A DNA stretch of 64,000 nt, taken from a candidate division FCPU426 bacterium (GTDB taxonomy: Bacteria; Oederibacteriota; PGYV01; Palsa-1178). The notes beneath the pieces are model-generated. The model did not search any database and was not told the DNA's origin. It saw only the letters and a list, made by a program, of their open reading frames with translations. The DNA is taken from assembly GCA_963840035.1 (NCBI GenBank), contig CAWIXE010000002.1, forward strand, positions 96,001 through 160,000. The letters run 5' to 3'. Each line of letters opens with the position of its first letter. The stretch's first letter is position 1. The position numbers and the translations under genes are program-made. Positions 31,043 through 42,541 of this stretch are shown here, piece after piece.

Positions 31043-31414
31043 ATGCTTACAAAACTCTGGAAGAGCCTTATCTATGCCTTAAAAGGCGTGCAATACGGCT
31101 TTGTCACAAGAAAGAATATGACGGTTTTTGGCTGTGTCGGCATGCTCGTCGCCGCTCTTCTCATATGGCTTGGTACCTCCAAGATTAAATTCGCCATAAT
31201 CATGGCGTCATGGATGCTTGTAATAATCATTGAGATCACAAATACTGCCATAGAAAAAGTAATAGATACCATCCATCCGGGATACAGCAAAGACATAGGC
31301 CATGCTAAAGATGTTATGGCGGGGGCTGTTTTTATAAGCCTGATAACCGCGATATGCACGACAATCCTGATGATATGGGACCCGTTGATAGCAAAAATAA
31401 TGCGGATAATGTAG
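31043..31414 (+). CDS. dgkA: Prokaryotic diacylglycerol/undecaprenol kinase family
   Basis: 'SLIYALKG', 'EITNTAIEKVID', 'AKDVMAGAV', three TM segments. Confidence 0.85.
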   Translation: MLTKLWKSLIYALKGVQYGFVTRKNMTVFGCVGMLVAALLIWLGTSKIKFAIIMASWMLVIIIEITNTAIEKVIDTIHPGYSKDIGHAKDVMAGAVFISLITAICTTILMIWDPLIAKIMRIM

Positions 31415-31446
31415 TTAAATAATATATTGAAAATTAAGGGGGGAAA

Positions 31447-32187
31447 ATGAAAAAAGTATTGTTGTCTGTCCTGGCGGTTGTTCTATTCCTGTCTTTTGTA
31501 TTTTCCTGCAAGAAGAACGATCCTGCGGCGCCGGCCGACCCTACAGCTACGCGCACCATTACCTGCACTGTAACTAACACAATGTCGGTAACGGTAAGCC
31601 CGACCATTACATGTACACCCACAAGCACATCCACGCCGCCCGACCTGTATATTGATAATTTTGAGGACGGCAACCTCGCGAATTTAATCAGCACATGGGG
31701 TTCAAACTCCATGGGTGACAGCGTCATCCATTATCAGGGCCTCATCACGCCGCCCCCGGGCAACGGCTCTTACGCGTACGCCCTGACCACGACCGTACAG
31801 GTCGCCGCAGGTATGACATATGGATACGCAACCATCTCAACTGGCCCCACCGGCAGCGCTTTACCTCTTAACGCAAGAGCATATAATAAACTCATGTTCT
31901 TAAGGCGTTATAACGGAACTGTGCACGGAGGCACTAAAACCCTATTCGTGACCATAACCGACGATGTAAATATGGCGTCATATCAGATAGGGTCAGTCTT
32001 CTCCACCGGCCTTGATGACTGGGAATTAAACTTAAGGCAGTCCTACAGCCTCTCCGGTGGAACCATTGACGATTTATTAAGCAACATAAAACAGATAAAC
32101 TTCACATGCTATACAAACGGAGTCCCGGGCGACGCGATAGATATTGAGTTGGTAATTGATGATGTCAGGTTCGTATACAGGCCTTAA
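31447..32187 (+). CDS. Lipoprotein with Thr-rich linker and CBM-like domain
   Basis: Lipobox VFS-C-KK, TxT tract, 'IDNFEDG', C-terminal 'IDDVRF'. Confidence 0.6.
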   Translation: MKKVLLSVLAVVLFLSFVFSCKKNDPAAPADPTATRTITCTVTNTMSVTVSPTITCTPTSTSTPPDLYIDNFEDGNLANLISTWGSNSMGDSVIHYQGLITPPPGNGSYAYALTTTVQVAAGMTYGYATISTGPTGSALPLNARAYNKLMFLRRYNGTVHGGTKTLFVTITDDVNMASYQIGSVFSTGLDDWELNLRQSYSLSGGTIDDLLSNIKQINFTCYTNGVPGDAIDIELVIDDVRFVYRP

Positions 32188-32200
32188 ATAAGGAGGACTG

Positions 32201-32708
32201 ATGAAAAAAGGCATTTCAATTGTATTTACATTAATATTTGTTCTGAGTATCTTTTCCGGCTGCGCAAGTGAACGCGTTTATGTAAAATCCGGGCTTCTCA
32301 GAGATTAAATGCGCTGAAAAACTCAGCCAGACAACGATGGGATTTAATGTTTACGGTAGAACATCCATGATAACTGTACCGGCGGAGCATCCGGACGTAA
32401 GTAAACTGTTTCTGTTTGAAGAAAAAAGCGGCACTGCATATATGGCATTTTTAGACGCTAAAAAAGGTTATGATTTAACCATGTATATTTCACTGGCGGG
32501 TTTAGCTGTAGTTACAGTGTCTTCCGGGGTGTTAATAGGAAGCATGGGAAATTACACGCCAAAAGACAGCGGCGCGTGGCTGAATGTGTTTTTATCCAGC
32601 GCATGTGTCACAAGCCTGTTTGCCATAATCGGACTGGCGGACTGGATAGATGCAGGAGTAAAGCTCGACAGCGCCATATCAATTTACAACGCGTCCTGTA
32701 AGTTCTAG
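32201..32708 (+). pseudogene. Putative lipoprotein split by a +1 frameshift in an A-run (32284-32287)
   Basis: AGGAGG then MKKGISIVFTLIFVLSIFSG-C. Removing one A joins it in frame to NPGFSEIKC...MGFNVYG (ORF 32337..32708). Confidence 0.65.
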
Positions 32709-32742
32709 ATTTCGCAGGTAGCGCAAGTTTGAGGAGGCAAAT

Positions 32743-33615
32743 ATGTTTTTTATAACACCTGTTATTGTTATTATAGCGGTGATTGTCATACTTGCCGCCG
32801 TTCAAAAGAAAAAAACAAGCATTGCCCGCGCTCAGACGGGTGTTGCTATTGTCATAATTGGCACGGGTTGCCTGTGCGCGGTGTCCTTCTTTGGCCTGCT
32901 TAAAATGATATTTATGGGCGGGTTCCTTTCAAGCAAGGGAGAAACTGTAGGCGGACAGATTGTAATCGTGACGGTTTTTACCATGTTAATGCTACTTTCC
33001 GCGGCTGTTGTGGTTTTTGGATTAAGCCTGTTTACAACAATCATGGAGCAGAAAAAAATGATTGCCGGGATAATGCTGGCCGGCCTGATATTCCCGGCCA
33101 TATTCGGGCTGACCGGGCTGCTTGACATGGGAACACAGAATGTAAACTTTAAGGGAGTAATTGATTATTTAGCCTCAAAAAAATTCAAATACGGCCGCCT
33201 CCATTGGAATATGGATAAAACAGAGGTCATGAATTTATACAGGGAAGGTTACTCAAGCCCGCCGGAGGAAACCTGCGGAATTTCCGGGAAGATACTTTTC
33301 ATAAGGTATAATTTTAAGAATAAGCTTTACCAGATAGAAGTGCTCTTCGATACCAAAACAAAAAAAGAGCAGGATTACTTTTTATCCTGTCTGACATCAA
33401 AATACGGAGCGCCAGTATCAAGGCAAAAGGGAGCCCAATGCGGCTGTTCGACGGTAAACTGGACCCTGCCTGAAACAAACATAAAAATGACCCTGTACGA
33501 CGAAGCAATAAACGGAGCCATAGAAACGCCGCCATACAGTCTTGTGAGCATAGAATACACCTTCGCACCGCAATACCTAAAACTGAAACAAGCCGCAGCC
33601 TGGGGCGGGATGTAA
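32743..33615 (+). CDS. Hypothetical membrane protein (4 TM plus soluble domain)
   Basis: GAGGAGG RBS, hydrophobic N-half, 290 aa. Confidence 0.65.
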   Translation: MFFITPVIVIIAVIVILAAVQKKKTSIARAQTGVAIVIIGTGCLCAVSFFGLLKMIFMGGFLSSKGETVGGQIVIVTVFTMLMLLSAAVVVFGLSLFTTIMEQKKMIAGIMLAGLIFPAIFGLTGLLDMGTQNVNFKGVIDYLASKKFKYGRLHWNMDKTEVMNLYREGYSSPPEETCGISGKILFIRYNFKNKLYQIEVLFDTKTKKEQDYFLSCLTSKYGAPVSRQKGAQCGCSTVNWTLPETNIKMTLYDEAINGAIETPPYSLVSIEYTFAPQYLKLKQAAAWGGM

Positions 33616-33648
33616 GAAAATAAGCAAAGTTATTAGGTTAATGTTTTT

Positions 33649-33802
33649 GTAGGGCAATTCACGAATTTTCCCTACGAATGCAATATTTACAATCCCTGTA
33701 GGGGCGGCCCCAAGGCGTCATTGCGAGTGAAGCAAGCAAAATATAATTATATGGGCAACATTTCGCCTTGTCGAAAAGGTTTACCCGACATGTGGCCGCC
33801 CG
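33649..33802. repeat. GTAGGG-family REP hairpins, one interrupted
   Basis: gtagggcaattcacgaattttccctac. The arms gtaggggcggccc ... tgtggccgcccg are separated by about 80 bp containing gtcattgcgag. Confidence 0.65.
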
Positions 33803-33819
33803 AATTGAATGGAGGCTAA

Positions 33820-34479
33820 ATGAAAGGAATAATTGCGTTTTTATTTGTTGTTTTAGTTCTTGCTTCCGGCTGTTCGGAAAAACCTGATAAAGTCATGAAG
33901 GATAAGGGCTATGAAGTGTTCACTGTTATGCGGAGTTTGATGTATGCTGATGACCCTCGAATTTTGGGAAAAATTGATCCTCAAAAAATAGTTGGTGATA
34001 AAAATGCGGAATCCAGGATGATTCTCGCTTCTTGGGCAAAGTTAAGGAGCCAAGGAATAAATCCTAAACCGGATACTGCGGATCAGTTATTGGGCGTTAT
34101 TGTTGAAATTGCAGAGTATCAAAAAGAAGCTGATAACACCGTATATATGGCCATAAGCGGATATAAGGATGGAGATACCAGATTTTTTACAAGCTTGGGT
34201 GGTGGAAATATAGGCGAGAAATGGTCAACAGAAATGAGGGATGCTGTAAGAGTGTTTGTGAATTCAGCTGAAAAGTTTGTTTTGAAGGCTGCAATTGAGA
34301 AAGAACATCCTTTGCCAAAATCCGGGAAGATCCGTTTTGTTTTTCTTACCCCTGCCGGGGCAAGGTCTTTGACATTTCCGCATAAGTTTATAGCTGACGG
34401 GGGAAATGATTTGTATGAGGTATATGAGGCTTGTTTTGGAAATGTATTAAGGCTGCACAATGAGATCCGCAAGAAATAG
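33820..34479 (+). CDS. Hypothetical lipoprotein
   Basis: GGAGG RBS, lipobox ASG-C, 'DGDTRFFTSLGGGNIG', 'PLPKSGKIRFVFLT'. Confidence 0.65.
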   Translation: MKGIIAFLFVVLVLASGCSEKPDKVMKDKGYEVFTVMRSLMYADDPRILGKIDPQKIVGDKNAESRMILASWAKLRSQGINPKPDTADQLLGVIVEIAEYQKEADNTVYMAISGYKDGDTRFFTSLGGGNIGEKWSTEMRDAVRVFVNSAEKFVLKAAIEKEHPLPKSGKIRFVFLTPAGARSLTFPHKFIADGGNDLYEVYEACFGNVLRLHNEIRKK

Positions 34480-34508
34480 CGCCGTGGTTCTATTTAATAA
34501 ATGAACCT

Positions 34509-34571
34509 GTAGAGAGCCGGCTTGCTGGCTCTCTGCGTTGAAGGGCGAGAGGGGGCAAGCCCCCTCTCTAC
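34509..34571. repeat. GTAGAGAG REP pair
   Basis: gtagagagccggcttgctggctctc ... gagagggggcaagccccctctctac. Confidence 0.7.
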
Positions 34572-34609
34572 AAATACTCTGAAGGATGGAAATATATACA
34601 GGAGGTTTT

Positions 34610-34936
34610 ATGAAACAAAACATCATCGTAACAACAGCCTTTGAAATCCCCGACATGAAGGTCGTAGAACACAAAGGCCTCGTCCGCGGTATCATTGTCA
34701 GGACCCCAACCATTATCCAGGGCGTCCTCGGCGGCCTAAAATCCATCATAGGCGGAAACATAGGAGCCTACACGGAAATGTGCGAGCAGGCCAGGACCCA
34801 GGCATACGACGCACTGGTAGCCCACGCGCAGCAGCTGGGAGCCAACGCGGTCATAGGAGTGCGCTACGACGCATCAGAAGTGGCAGTAGGGGCGACGGAA
34901 GTGCTGTGTTATGGCACGGCGGTTGTGGTTAAGTAA
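34610..34936 (+). CDS. YbjQ/UPF0145 family protein
   Basis: 'GLVRGIIVR', 'LKSIIGG', 'EQAR..A', 'LGANAVIGVRYD', 'EVLCYGTAV'. Confidence 0.9.
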   Translation: MKQNIIVTTAFEIPDMKVVEHKGLVRGIIVRTPTIIQGVLGGLKSIIGGNIGAYTEMCEQARTQAYDALVAHAQQLGANAVIGVRYDASEVAVGATEVLCYGTAVVVK

Positions 34937-34951
34937 ATATACACGTTTTTT

Positions 34952-35738
34952 GTAGAGCCACCGCTTGCTGCGGCTCAGACGTTGGATTTCGTAGTCGCAG
35001 GCCTTCGTCTCACCGGCCTGCGCCTAGATAAGGGATTGAATAACGCAAACGAAAGACGGACCAGACCACGTATGACCAGTTACTAATCTATTAAAATGAT
35101 GGTTGTCGGGAGGTGGTTGTGTTTAAAAAAATTACTAAAATTATTGGCGTTGTGATGGTGTTCGCAATATTAATTGGGATATTAGGCTGTTTCTTTGCGG
35201 AAAAAACGATACCTGGATTTGTTTCAAATATCGTGTGCGAAAAGATGTATGGCGACACTACTATCCCGCACAATTTGTTTGTTGATTACTTTGATATTTA
35301 TAATTATCAGATTATTAAGAGTGGAAAACTATCAAAGCAATCAGATTGTTATACAAAATATCTTAAAGAAACAGAAAGAATTAAATATTTTTCTGAAGAT
35401 AAAATCAAAGTAATCGACAATTATTACAAGGCTTGGAATGATTTAACCGATAACCCAAAAATAAACGGCCTTTTGAAGTGCTACAGGTTATCGATTTTAA
35501 AAAAAGAAATTGAAAGGTATTACGGCATTTAATTAAGTCGGATTAAGCGTGGTATTTATCTTGTTATAATATTCTATATGCTTTGGCCGCGAATTTTATT
35601 TCATGCAACTCCACGTTTTAATATATCAATCAATGACGCAAACGAAAGACGGACTAGACCATGCTTGCGCACCCCGATGAAGCGTAGAGGGTGCGACTAC
35701 CAATGTCAAAGGCGAGACACAGCAAGCTGTGTCTCTAC
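34952..35738. mobile_element. Nested composite REP element carrying a passenger gene
   Basis: Outer REPs at 34952-34976 and 35714-35738. Inner element halves at 34991 and ending 35700. Direct repeat at 35043-35070 and 35636-35663. Confidence 0.7.
35113..35532 (+). CDS. AT-rich hypothetical membrane-anchored protein (passenger)
   Basis: 139-aa ORF, GGAGG near the start, N-terminal TM. Exact start uncertain. Confidence 0.55.
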   Translation: MVVFKKITKIIGVVMVFAILIGILGCFFAEKTIPGFVSNIVCEKMYGDTTIPHNLFVDYFDIYNYQIIKSGKLSKQSDCYTKYLKETERIKYFSEDKIKVIDNYYKAWNDLTDNPKINGLLKCYRLSILKKEIERYYGI

Positions 35739-35766
35739 GAAGAACATTTAAACACATAAATATTAT

Positions 35767-35795
35767 TTGACAACCACCCGTATTTTTGTTATATT
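35767..35795 (+). promoter_or_regulatory. Sigma70 promoter upstream of the leader peptide
   Basis: TTGACA-17 bp-TATATT. Confidence 0.7.
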
Positions 35796-35820
35796 CTAAT
35801 CACAAAGGAGGACGTGCACA

Positions 35821-35934
35821 ATGGCTAATAATTACAGCAATTCTATCGCAATCAACACAGCCATTAATACGTCTGTCCTTCTTCCGGTAGTAGTCCTTTT
35901 ACTTACCGGGCTTCTGGTAGTCGTACTCGCCTAA
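35821..35934 (+). CDS. Putative branched-chain amino acid attenuator leader peptide (37 aa)
   Basis: AGGAGG RBS. MANNYSNSIAINTAINTSVLLPVVVLLLTGLLVVVLA has 18 of 37 residues I/L/V. Alternative stems follow. Upstream of the ilv-leu cluster. Confidence 0.65.
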   Translation: MANNYSNSIAINTAINTSVLLPVVVLLLTGLLVVVLA

Positions 35935-36038
35935 GGCGAGCAACGGCGCAGAAACCCGGGAACCTCAAAAAACCCCCAAGTTTCAAGCGCCGTGATAGGT
36001 CTGTTTACAGTTGCTATATTATATAGTCCCATCCACTT

Positions 36039-36154
36039 TCCTCCCCCTTTTAGGGGGAGGATCAAGGTGGGGGTGAAGTTGTACTGCGGGAGGGTCAGCT
36101 GTGTATGTGCTGCGTTGACCCTCACCCTGGCCCTCTCCCTGGAAGGGAGAGGGA
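36039..36154. repeat. CCCTCTCCC/GGGAGAGGG palindromic element variant
   Basis: cctcccccttttagggggaggatcaaggtggggg ... ccctcaccctggccctctccctggaagggagaggg. Confidence 0.75.
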
Positions 36155-36172
36155 AAAGGTAGGTGAAACTTT

Positions 36173-36967
36173 ATGATGGACAAGTGGAACGCGCAGGAGT
36201 ACAGGAAGAATTCTCAGAACCAGTACAGGTGGGGGATGGAGCTTGTTTCTAAGACCGGCGTAAAGAAAGGTGATAGTGTCCTTGATATTGGCTGCGGGGA
36301 CGGGAAGATTACCGCGGAGATTGCGAAGAGAGCAAGCGGCGGAAAGACCGTGGGACTGGACAGTTCCGCTAAGATGCTGAAGCTCGGGAAAAAGTTGTTC
36401 CCGGCTGATGCATACCCGAACCTGAGTTTTAAAAAGGCTGACGCGCAGAAATTTGATGTAAAAGGGCCATTTGACCTTGTTTTTTCAAATGCCTGTCTGC
36501 ACTGGATAAAGGACCAGAACAAAGTGTTGAAGAACGTAAATAAGGTTTTACGCCCGGGCGGCAGGATATTCTTCCAGATGGGCGGCAAGGGCAACGCAGG
36601 AATAATGAATGAAATAGTGGAAAATATGACAAAACAGGATGAGTGGAAAAAGTATTTTAAGAAATTCAAAGGCGCTTACTATTTCTATTCACCCGAGGAG
36701 TATATAGTGTTCCTGAAGAAAAACGGATTGCAGCCGGTGCGGGTTTTTCTTAACCCTAAGGTTGCCGTGCATGAAGGTGCGGCTGGCCTTGCCGCCTGGA
36801 TTAGGACCACATGGCTTCCTTATACCCATATGGTGCCTGCAAAACTGCGCGAATCCTTCATCGGCGAGGCTGTAGCTAAGTTTTTAACGGCAACAAAACA
36901 AATAGATAATAAGGTAGTTCAAATGCAGATGATAAGGCTCCAGGTTGAGGCTGTAAAACCCCTTTAA
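36173..36967 (+). CDS. Class I SAM methyltransferase, trans-aconitate methyltransferase (Tam)-like
   Basis: 'WNAQEY...Q', 'VLDIGCGDGKIT', 'GLDSS..M', 'FDLVFSNACLHWI', 'LRPGG'. Confidence 0.8.
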   Translation: MMDKWNAQEYRKNSQNQYRWGMELVSKTGVKKGDSVLDIGCGDGKITAEIAKRASGGKTVGLDSSAKMLKLGKKLFPADAYPNLSFKKADAQKFDVKGPFDLVFSNACLHWIKDQNKVLKNVNKVLRPGGRIFFQMGGKGNAGIMNEIVENMTKQDEWKKYFKKFKGAYYFYSPEEYIVFLKKNGLQPVRVFLNPKVAVHEGAAGLAAWIRTTWLPYTHMVPAKLRESFIGEAVAKFLTATKQIDNKVVQMQMIRLQVEAVKPL

Positions 36968-37025
36968 AATAAAGGGTTTTTCATGGTGAAACAGAAAAAA
37001 GCCATAGTTTTAAGGGCTTTTTCGG

Positions 37026-37054
37026 TTGAACCGAAGTTTGATTTTTGATATACT
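37026..37054 (+). promoter_or_regulatory. Putative sigma70 promoter of ilvD
   Basis: TTGAAC-17 bp-TATACT. Confidence 0.55.
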
Positions 37055-37123
37055 CTTTACGTTTTCTGTATACACGTAAAGTTACATATATGCAACGAAA
37101 AATTTAGTAAAAGGAGATATAAA

Positions 37124-38800
37124 ATGAGATCTGACGCGATGAAGAAAGGCAATGAAAGACAGCCGCACAGGGCGCTTTTTAAAGCCATTGGTTATTCGGA
37201 TGAACAGCTGAAAAGACCTATAATCGGCGTTGTTAATTCATTTAATGAAGTTATTCCGGGGCACATACACTTAAACACCATAGCGCGCGCCGTGAAAGAC
37301 GGTATCCTTATGGCTGGCGGCACGCCCATGGAATTCCCGACAATCGGCGTTTGTGACGGCATAGCAATGGGCCACGCGGGCATGAAGTATTCGCTCGTTT
37401 CCCGCGAGTTAATAGCCGACGGCATCGAGATCATGGCAAACGCTTATCCTTTTGACGGACTGGTTTTCATACCCAACTGCGACAAGATAATCCCCGGCAT
37501 GCTCATGGCGGCTGCCAGGGTTAATGTCCCGTCCATATTCATCAGCGGCGGCGCCATGTTAAAGGGTAAATACAAAGGCAAGAATTATGACCTGATATCC
37601 GGCGGCTTTGAGGCTGTCGGCGAATTTGCAAATGGCAAGCTTTCCAAAGAGGATCTGGCAGGTATTGAAAATTCCTGCTGCCCGACCTGCGGCTCATGCT
37701 CGGGAATGTTTACCGCGAACACCATGAACTGCATGACAGAAGTGCTTGGCTTAGGCCTACCGGGGAACGGGACTATCCCCGCGGTTTATTCAGAGAGGAT
37801 AAGGCTTGCTAAGACCGCCGGCATGAGGATACTTGAACTCGTGGAAAAAAATATAAAGCCACGTGACCTTTTGACTGATAAGGCTTTTGAAAACACATTT
37901 ACAGTTGACGTGGCGCTTGGCGGCTCGACAAACACTGTGCTCCACCTGCCTGCGATCGCGCATGAAGCCGGATTAAAGTTTGACTTAAAAAAGATAAACG
38001 AAATATCGGCGAAGACCCCGAACCTGTGCAAGCTTTCGCCGGCAAGGCGTTCCGACGGCAGCCAGCACTTTATTGAGGATTTAAACGACGCGGGAGGCAT
38101 TCCGGCGGTTATGATGGAACTCGCGAAAAAGAAACTTCTTCACCTGGACGCAATGACGGTCGCGGGCAAGATCGGCGATATCATAAAGAACGCGGAAAAT
38201 ATTAATACTGACGTTATAAGGACGGCGGAGACTGCGTACTCGCAGCAGGGCGGCCTCGCGATATTATTCGGCAACATAGCCCCTGATGGGGCTGTTGTAA
38301 AACAGTCGGCAGTCGCGCCGGAGATGATGAAAAGGGAGGGCAGGGCAAGGGTTTTTGGCTCCGAAGAAGACGCTCAAAAAGCGATCCTCGGAAAAAAGAT
38401 CGTGCCCGGTGATGTAGTAGTCATCCTGTATGAAGGCCCCAAAGGCGGGCCGGGCATGAGGGAAATGCTCGCTCCCACCGCGGCGATAGCCGGCATGGGG
38501 CTTGATAAAGACGTGGCGCTTATTACGGACGGAAGGTTCTCCGGAGGCACGAGAGGCGCGGCCATCGGCCACATCTCCCCTGAAGCAATGGAAGGCGGCC
38601 CCATCGGCCTGGTGCGCGAAGGAGATATCATAGCCATAGATATTCCGGCAAGAAAAATTGACCTGAAAATATCGGACGGGGAAATGGCAAAAAGAAAGTC
38701 CGAATGGAAACAGCCGGAGCCGAAAATAAAAAGCGGCGTTCTTTACAGGTACTCGCAGATGGTGACATCGGCGTCTACAGGGGCTGTTTTTAAAGACTAA
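37124..38800 (+). CDS. ilvD: Dihydroxy-acid dehydratase
   Basis: 'PGHIHL', 'VCDGIAMGH', 'NCDKIIPG', '[13 protein letters not shown]', 'GGSTN', 'TDGRFSGG'. Confidence 0.97.
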   Translation: MRSDAMKKGNERQPHRALFKAIGYSDEQLKRPIIGVVNSFNEVIPGHIHLNTIARAVKDGILMAGGTPMEFPTIGVCDGIAMGHAGMKYSLVSRELIADGIEIMANAYPFDGLVFIPNCDKIIPGMLMAAARVNVPSIFISGGAMLKGKYKGKNYDLISGGFEAVGEFANGKLSKEDLAGIENSCCPTCGSCSGMFTANTMNCMTEVLGLGLPGNGTIPAVYSERIRLAKTAGMRILELVEKNIKPRDLLTDKAFENTFTVDVALGGSTNTVLHLPAIAHEAGLKFDLKKINEISAKTPNLCKLSPARRSDGSQHFIEDLNDAGGIPAVMMELAKKKLLHLDAMTVAGKIGDIIKNAENINTDVIRTAETAYSQQGGLAILFGNIAPDGAVVKQSAVAPEMMKREGRARVFGSEEDAQKAILGKKIVPGDVVVILYEGPKGGPGMREMLAPTAAIAGMGLDKDVALITDGRFSGGTRGAAIGHISPEAMEGGPIGLVREGDIIAIDIPARKIDLKISDGEMAKRKSEWKQPEPKIKSGVLYRYSQMVTSASTGAVFKD

Positions 38801-38938
38801 TACGTGGTAAGTGATACGTGGTGTGTGGTAAGTGATATGGTGGGACAAATTGTGGAAGGTGATAGTAGCAAGTGGTATGTGGGAAGTTCACGTATCACAT
38901 AGCACATATCACGCACCACTAAATAAAGGAGAAAAACT

Positions 38939-40612
38939 ATGCTGGGTTCCAAAATATTGCTTGAATGCTTGAAAAAGGAAGGCGTGGATACCATATTCGG
39001 ATATCCGGGCGGCGTGGTTCTTCCGCTCTTTGACGCTTTATATGCTGAGAAGGATATCAACCTCGTTCTCGTAAGGCACGAACAGGGCGCGGCGCACATG
39101 GCTGACGGCTACTCGCGCTCCACGGGAAAGACAGGCGTATGCCTGGCAACATCAGGCCCGGGCGCTACAAACTTAGTCACCGGCATTGCGACCGCATACA
39201 TGGATTCCATACCCATGGTCGCCCTCACAGGACAGGTTACGACAAACTTAATCGGCAACGACGCGTTTCAGGAAGTTGACATGACAGGCATCACAAGGCC
39301 TATCGTAAAGCACAACTATATTGTAAAAGACATAAAAGACCTGGCGCAGACCATAAAGAACGCGTTCTACATAGCCTCCACGGGAAAACCCGGGCCGGTT
39401 GTTGTGGACCTTCCCAAGGATATTTTCACGGGCGAAACCGAATACATTTACCCGGCGAAGCCGAACTTACGCGGCTACAAACCCGTATACGATGTCAATA
39501 AAGCGGAGATAAAAAAAGCGGTCGATATGATAGAAAAAGCAAAGAGGCCGCTTTTATACGTGGGCGGCGGAGTGGTGTTATCCGGCGCGACTGAGGAACT
39601 GGCAAAGTTCGTGGAAAAAACCGACATCCCGGTCACCACGACACTGATGGCCATGGATTCCTTTCCGTCAGCGCACCCGCTAAGCTGCGGCATGCTCGGC
39701 ATGCACGGGACAAGGGCCGCGAATTACGCGGTTCAGGAATCAGACCTTTTAATCGCCGTGGGCGCGAGGTTTGACGACAGGGTAACAGGCAAAGTATCTG
39801 AGTTCGCTCCTCACGCGAAGATACTTCACATAGACATAGACCCGGCGTCCATTTCAAAGATAGTGCGCGCGGACCTTCCGGTCGTCGGCGACGCGAAGAA
39901 TATACTGAAAGAGATGACGGTTCAGATAAAAAAGATGGACCATAAGACATGGCACGCGCAGATAGGGCAGTGGAAAAAGGAATTCCCGCTGACATATAAG
40001 GATACGGAGAAAGAGATAAAGCCACAGTACGTCGTGGAAAAGATAGCCGAGCTCACAAAGGGCGAAGCCATCATCGCAACCGAGGTTGGGCAGAACCAGA
40101 TGTGGGCAGCTCAGTTCTCAAAGTTCAAAACGCCGAGGACATTTATTACGTCCGGCGGGTTGGGTACTATGGGATTTGGGCTACCAGCGGCCATAGGAGC
40201 GCAGGCAGGCAACCCGGATAAGCTTGTTATTGACATTGCCGGAGACGGTTCCATTCAGATGAACATCCAGGAACTGGCCACGGCTGTTAAGTATAAATAT
40301 CCGGTAAAGATAGTTATTTTAAATAACGGCTGGCTCGGCATGGTAAGGCAGTGGCAGGAACTTTTCTACGGCAAGCGTTACTCCTCCACGCTTATCGAGC
40401 AGTCTGTTGATTTCGTAAAGCTTGCCGAGGCGTACGGAGCCAAGGGCATGAAGATAGACAAAAAGGGCGATGTTGAAAAAGCCCTGAAGGAAGCCTTTGC
40501 GTATAAGGGCGTGGTTGTTATGGACTTCACGGTATCCAGGGAAGAAAACGTTTTCCCGATGGTCCCGACAGGAGCCGCGCTGCATACGATGATTGACGGA
40601 GGGTTGGCGTAA
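38939..40612 (+). CDS. ilvB: Acetolactate synthase large subunit
   Basis: 'FGYPGG', 'RHEQGA', 'TSGPGATN', 'MLGMHG', 'RFDDRVTG', 'GDGSIQMN', 'GMVRQWQ'. Confidence 0.97.
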   Translation: MLGSKILLECLKKEGVDTIFGYPGGVVLPLFDALYAEKDINLVLVRHEQGAAHMADGYSRSTGKTGVCLATSGPGATNLVTGIATAYMDSIPMVALTGQVTTNLIGNDAFQEVDMTGITRPIVKHNYIVKDIKDLAQTIKNAFYIASTGKPGPVVVDLPKDIFTGETEYIYPAKPNLRGYKPVYDVNKAEIKKAVDMIEKAKRPLLYVGGGVVLSGATEELAKFVEKTDIPVTTTLMAMDSFPSAHPLSCGMLGMHGTRAANYAVQESDLLIAVGARFDDRVTGKVSEFAPHAKILHIDIDPASISKIVRADLPVVGDAKNILKEMTVQIKKMDHKTWHAQIGQWKKEFPLTYKDTEKEIKPQYVVEKIAELTKGEAIIATEVGQNQMWAAQFSKFKTPRTFITSGGLGTMGFGLPAAIGAQAGNPDKLVIDIAGDGSIQMNIQELATAVKYKYPVKIVILNNGWLGMVRQWQELFYGKRYSSTLIEQSVDFVKLAEAYGAKGMKIDKKGDVEKALKEAFAYKGVVVMDFTVSREENVFPMVPTGAALHTMIDGGLA

Positions 40613-40736
40613 TTTAAAATTTGAAATTTGAAATTTTAAATTGAAGGCGAAAGGACAGTTTAAAACGGTTTGAGTTTTGGTTTGAGATATCAATTTCAAA
40701 TTTTAAATTTCAAATCTTAAATTAAAGGAGCATTTT

Positions 40737-41228
40737 ATGGAGCAAACCAAGATCATAGCGGTAACAGTGGAAAACCAGCCGGGCGTGCTTGCGCGCGCCG
40801 CGGGGCTTTTTTCGGGCAGGGGATTTAATATTTCCAGCCTGGCTGTCGGCGAGACAGAGGACCCGACTACTTCGCGCATGACCATAGTGGCCAGCGGCGA
40901 TGAGCTTGTGCTTGAGCAGATTATGAAGCAGTTAAATAAGCTTATTGATGTCATCAAAGTTGTGGATATGAGCGCCGAGACGCATGTGGAGCGCGAACTC
41001 GCGCTGGTGAAGATAGGCGTGACAAAGAAGAAAACAGAAATGCTGGCCGTGATAAAGGCGTTTAAAGCCAACGTGCTCGACGCGGCAAAAGACGCGTACT
41101 TGGTGGAAGTCACCGGCAGCGACGAGCGGATTAACTCCTTCATCGAGGCAGTAAGCGACTACGGCATTAAGGAAATGGTAAGGACGGGGACGATTGCGAT
41201 GACGCGCAGTAAAAAAGGGAAGAAATAA
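40737..41228 (+). CDS. ilvN: Acetolactate synthase small subunit
   Basis: 'VENQPGVLAR...FSGRGFNISSL', 'KQLNKLIDV', 'ERELALVK', 'RTG'. Confidence 0.95.
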   Translation: MEQTKIIAVTVENQPGVLARAAGLFSGRGFNISSLAVGETEDPTTSRMTIVASGDELVLEQIMKQLNKLIDVIKVVDMSAETHVERELALVKIGVTKKKTEMLAVIKAFKANVLDAAKDAYLVEVTGSDERINSFIEAVSDYGIKEMVRTGTIAMTRSKKGKK

Positions 41229-41321
41229 GCCCAGAGCCCAAAGCTCAAGGGGTGGAAGGGTAATAGTAAAAAAGTTTTAAAAAAATCCGGGCGATGCCCG
41301 AAAATTTGAAAGGAGAAATAA

Positions 41322-42389
<1,068 letters not shown>

Positions 42390-42541
42390 ATGATATAGTC
42401 CCAAGACCCAAGCCCCATGACCCAGGTAACTGGGTTATGGGCTTGAGGGCTGGGAAAGGAAGGATATGTGACAGATTCGGATCTGGTTTTGACTTGGGTC
42501 CTGAGTCCTGGGTCATGAGACTAACGTAAAGGCGGTGCTTT

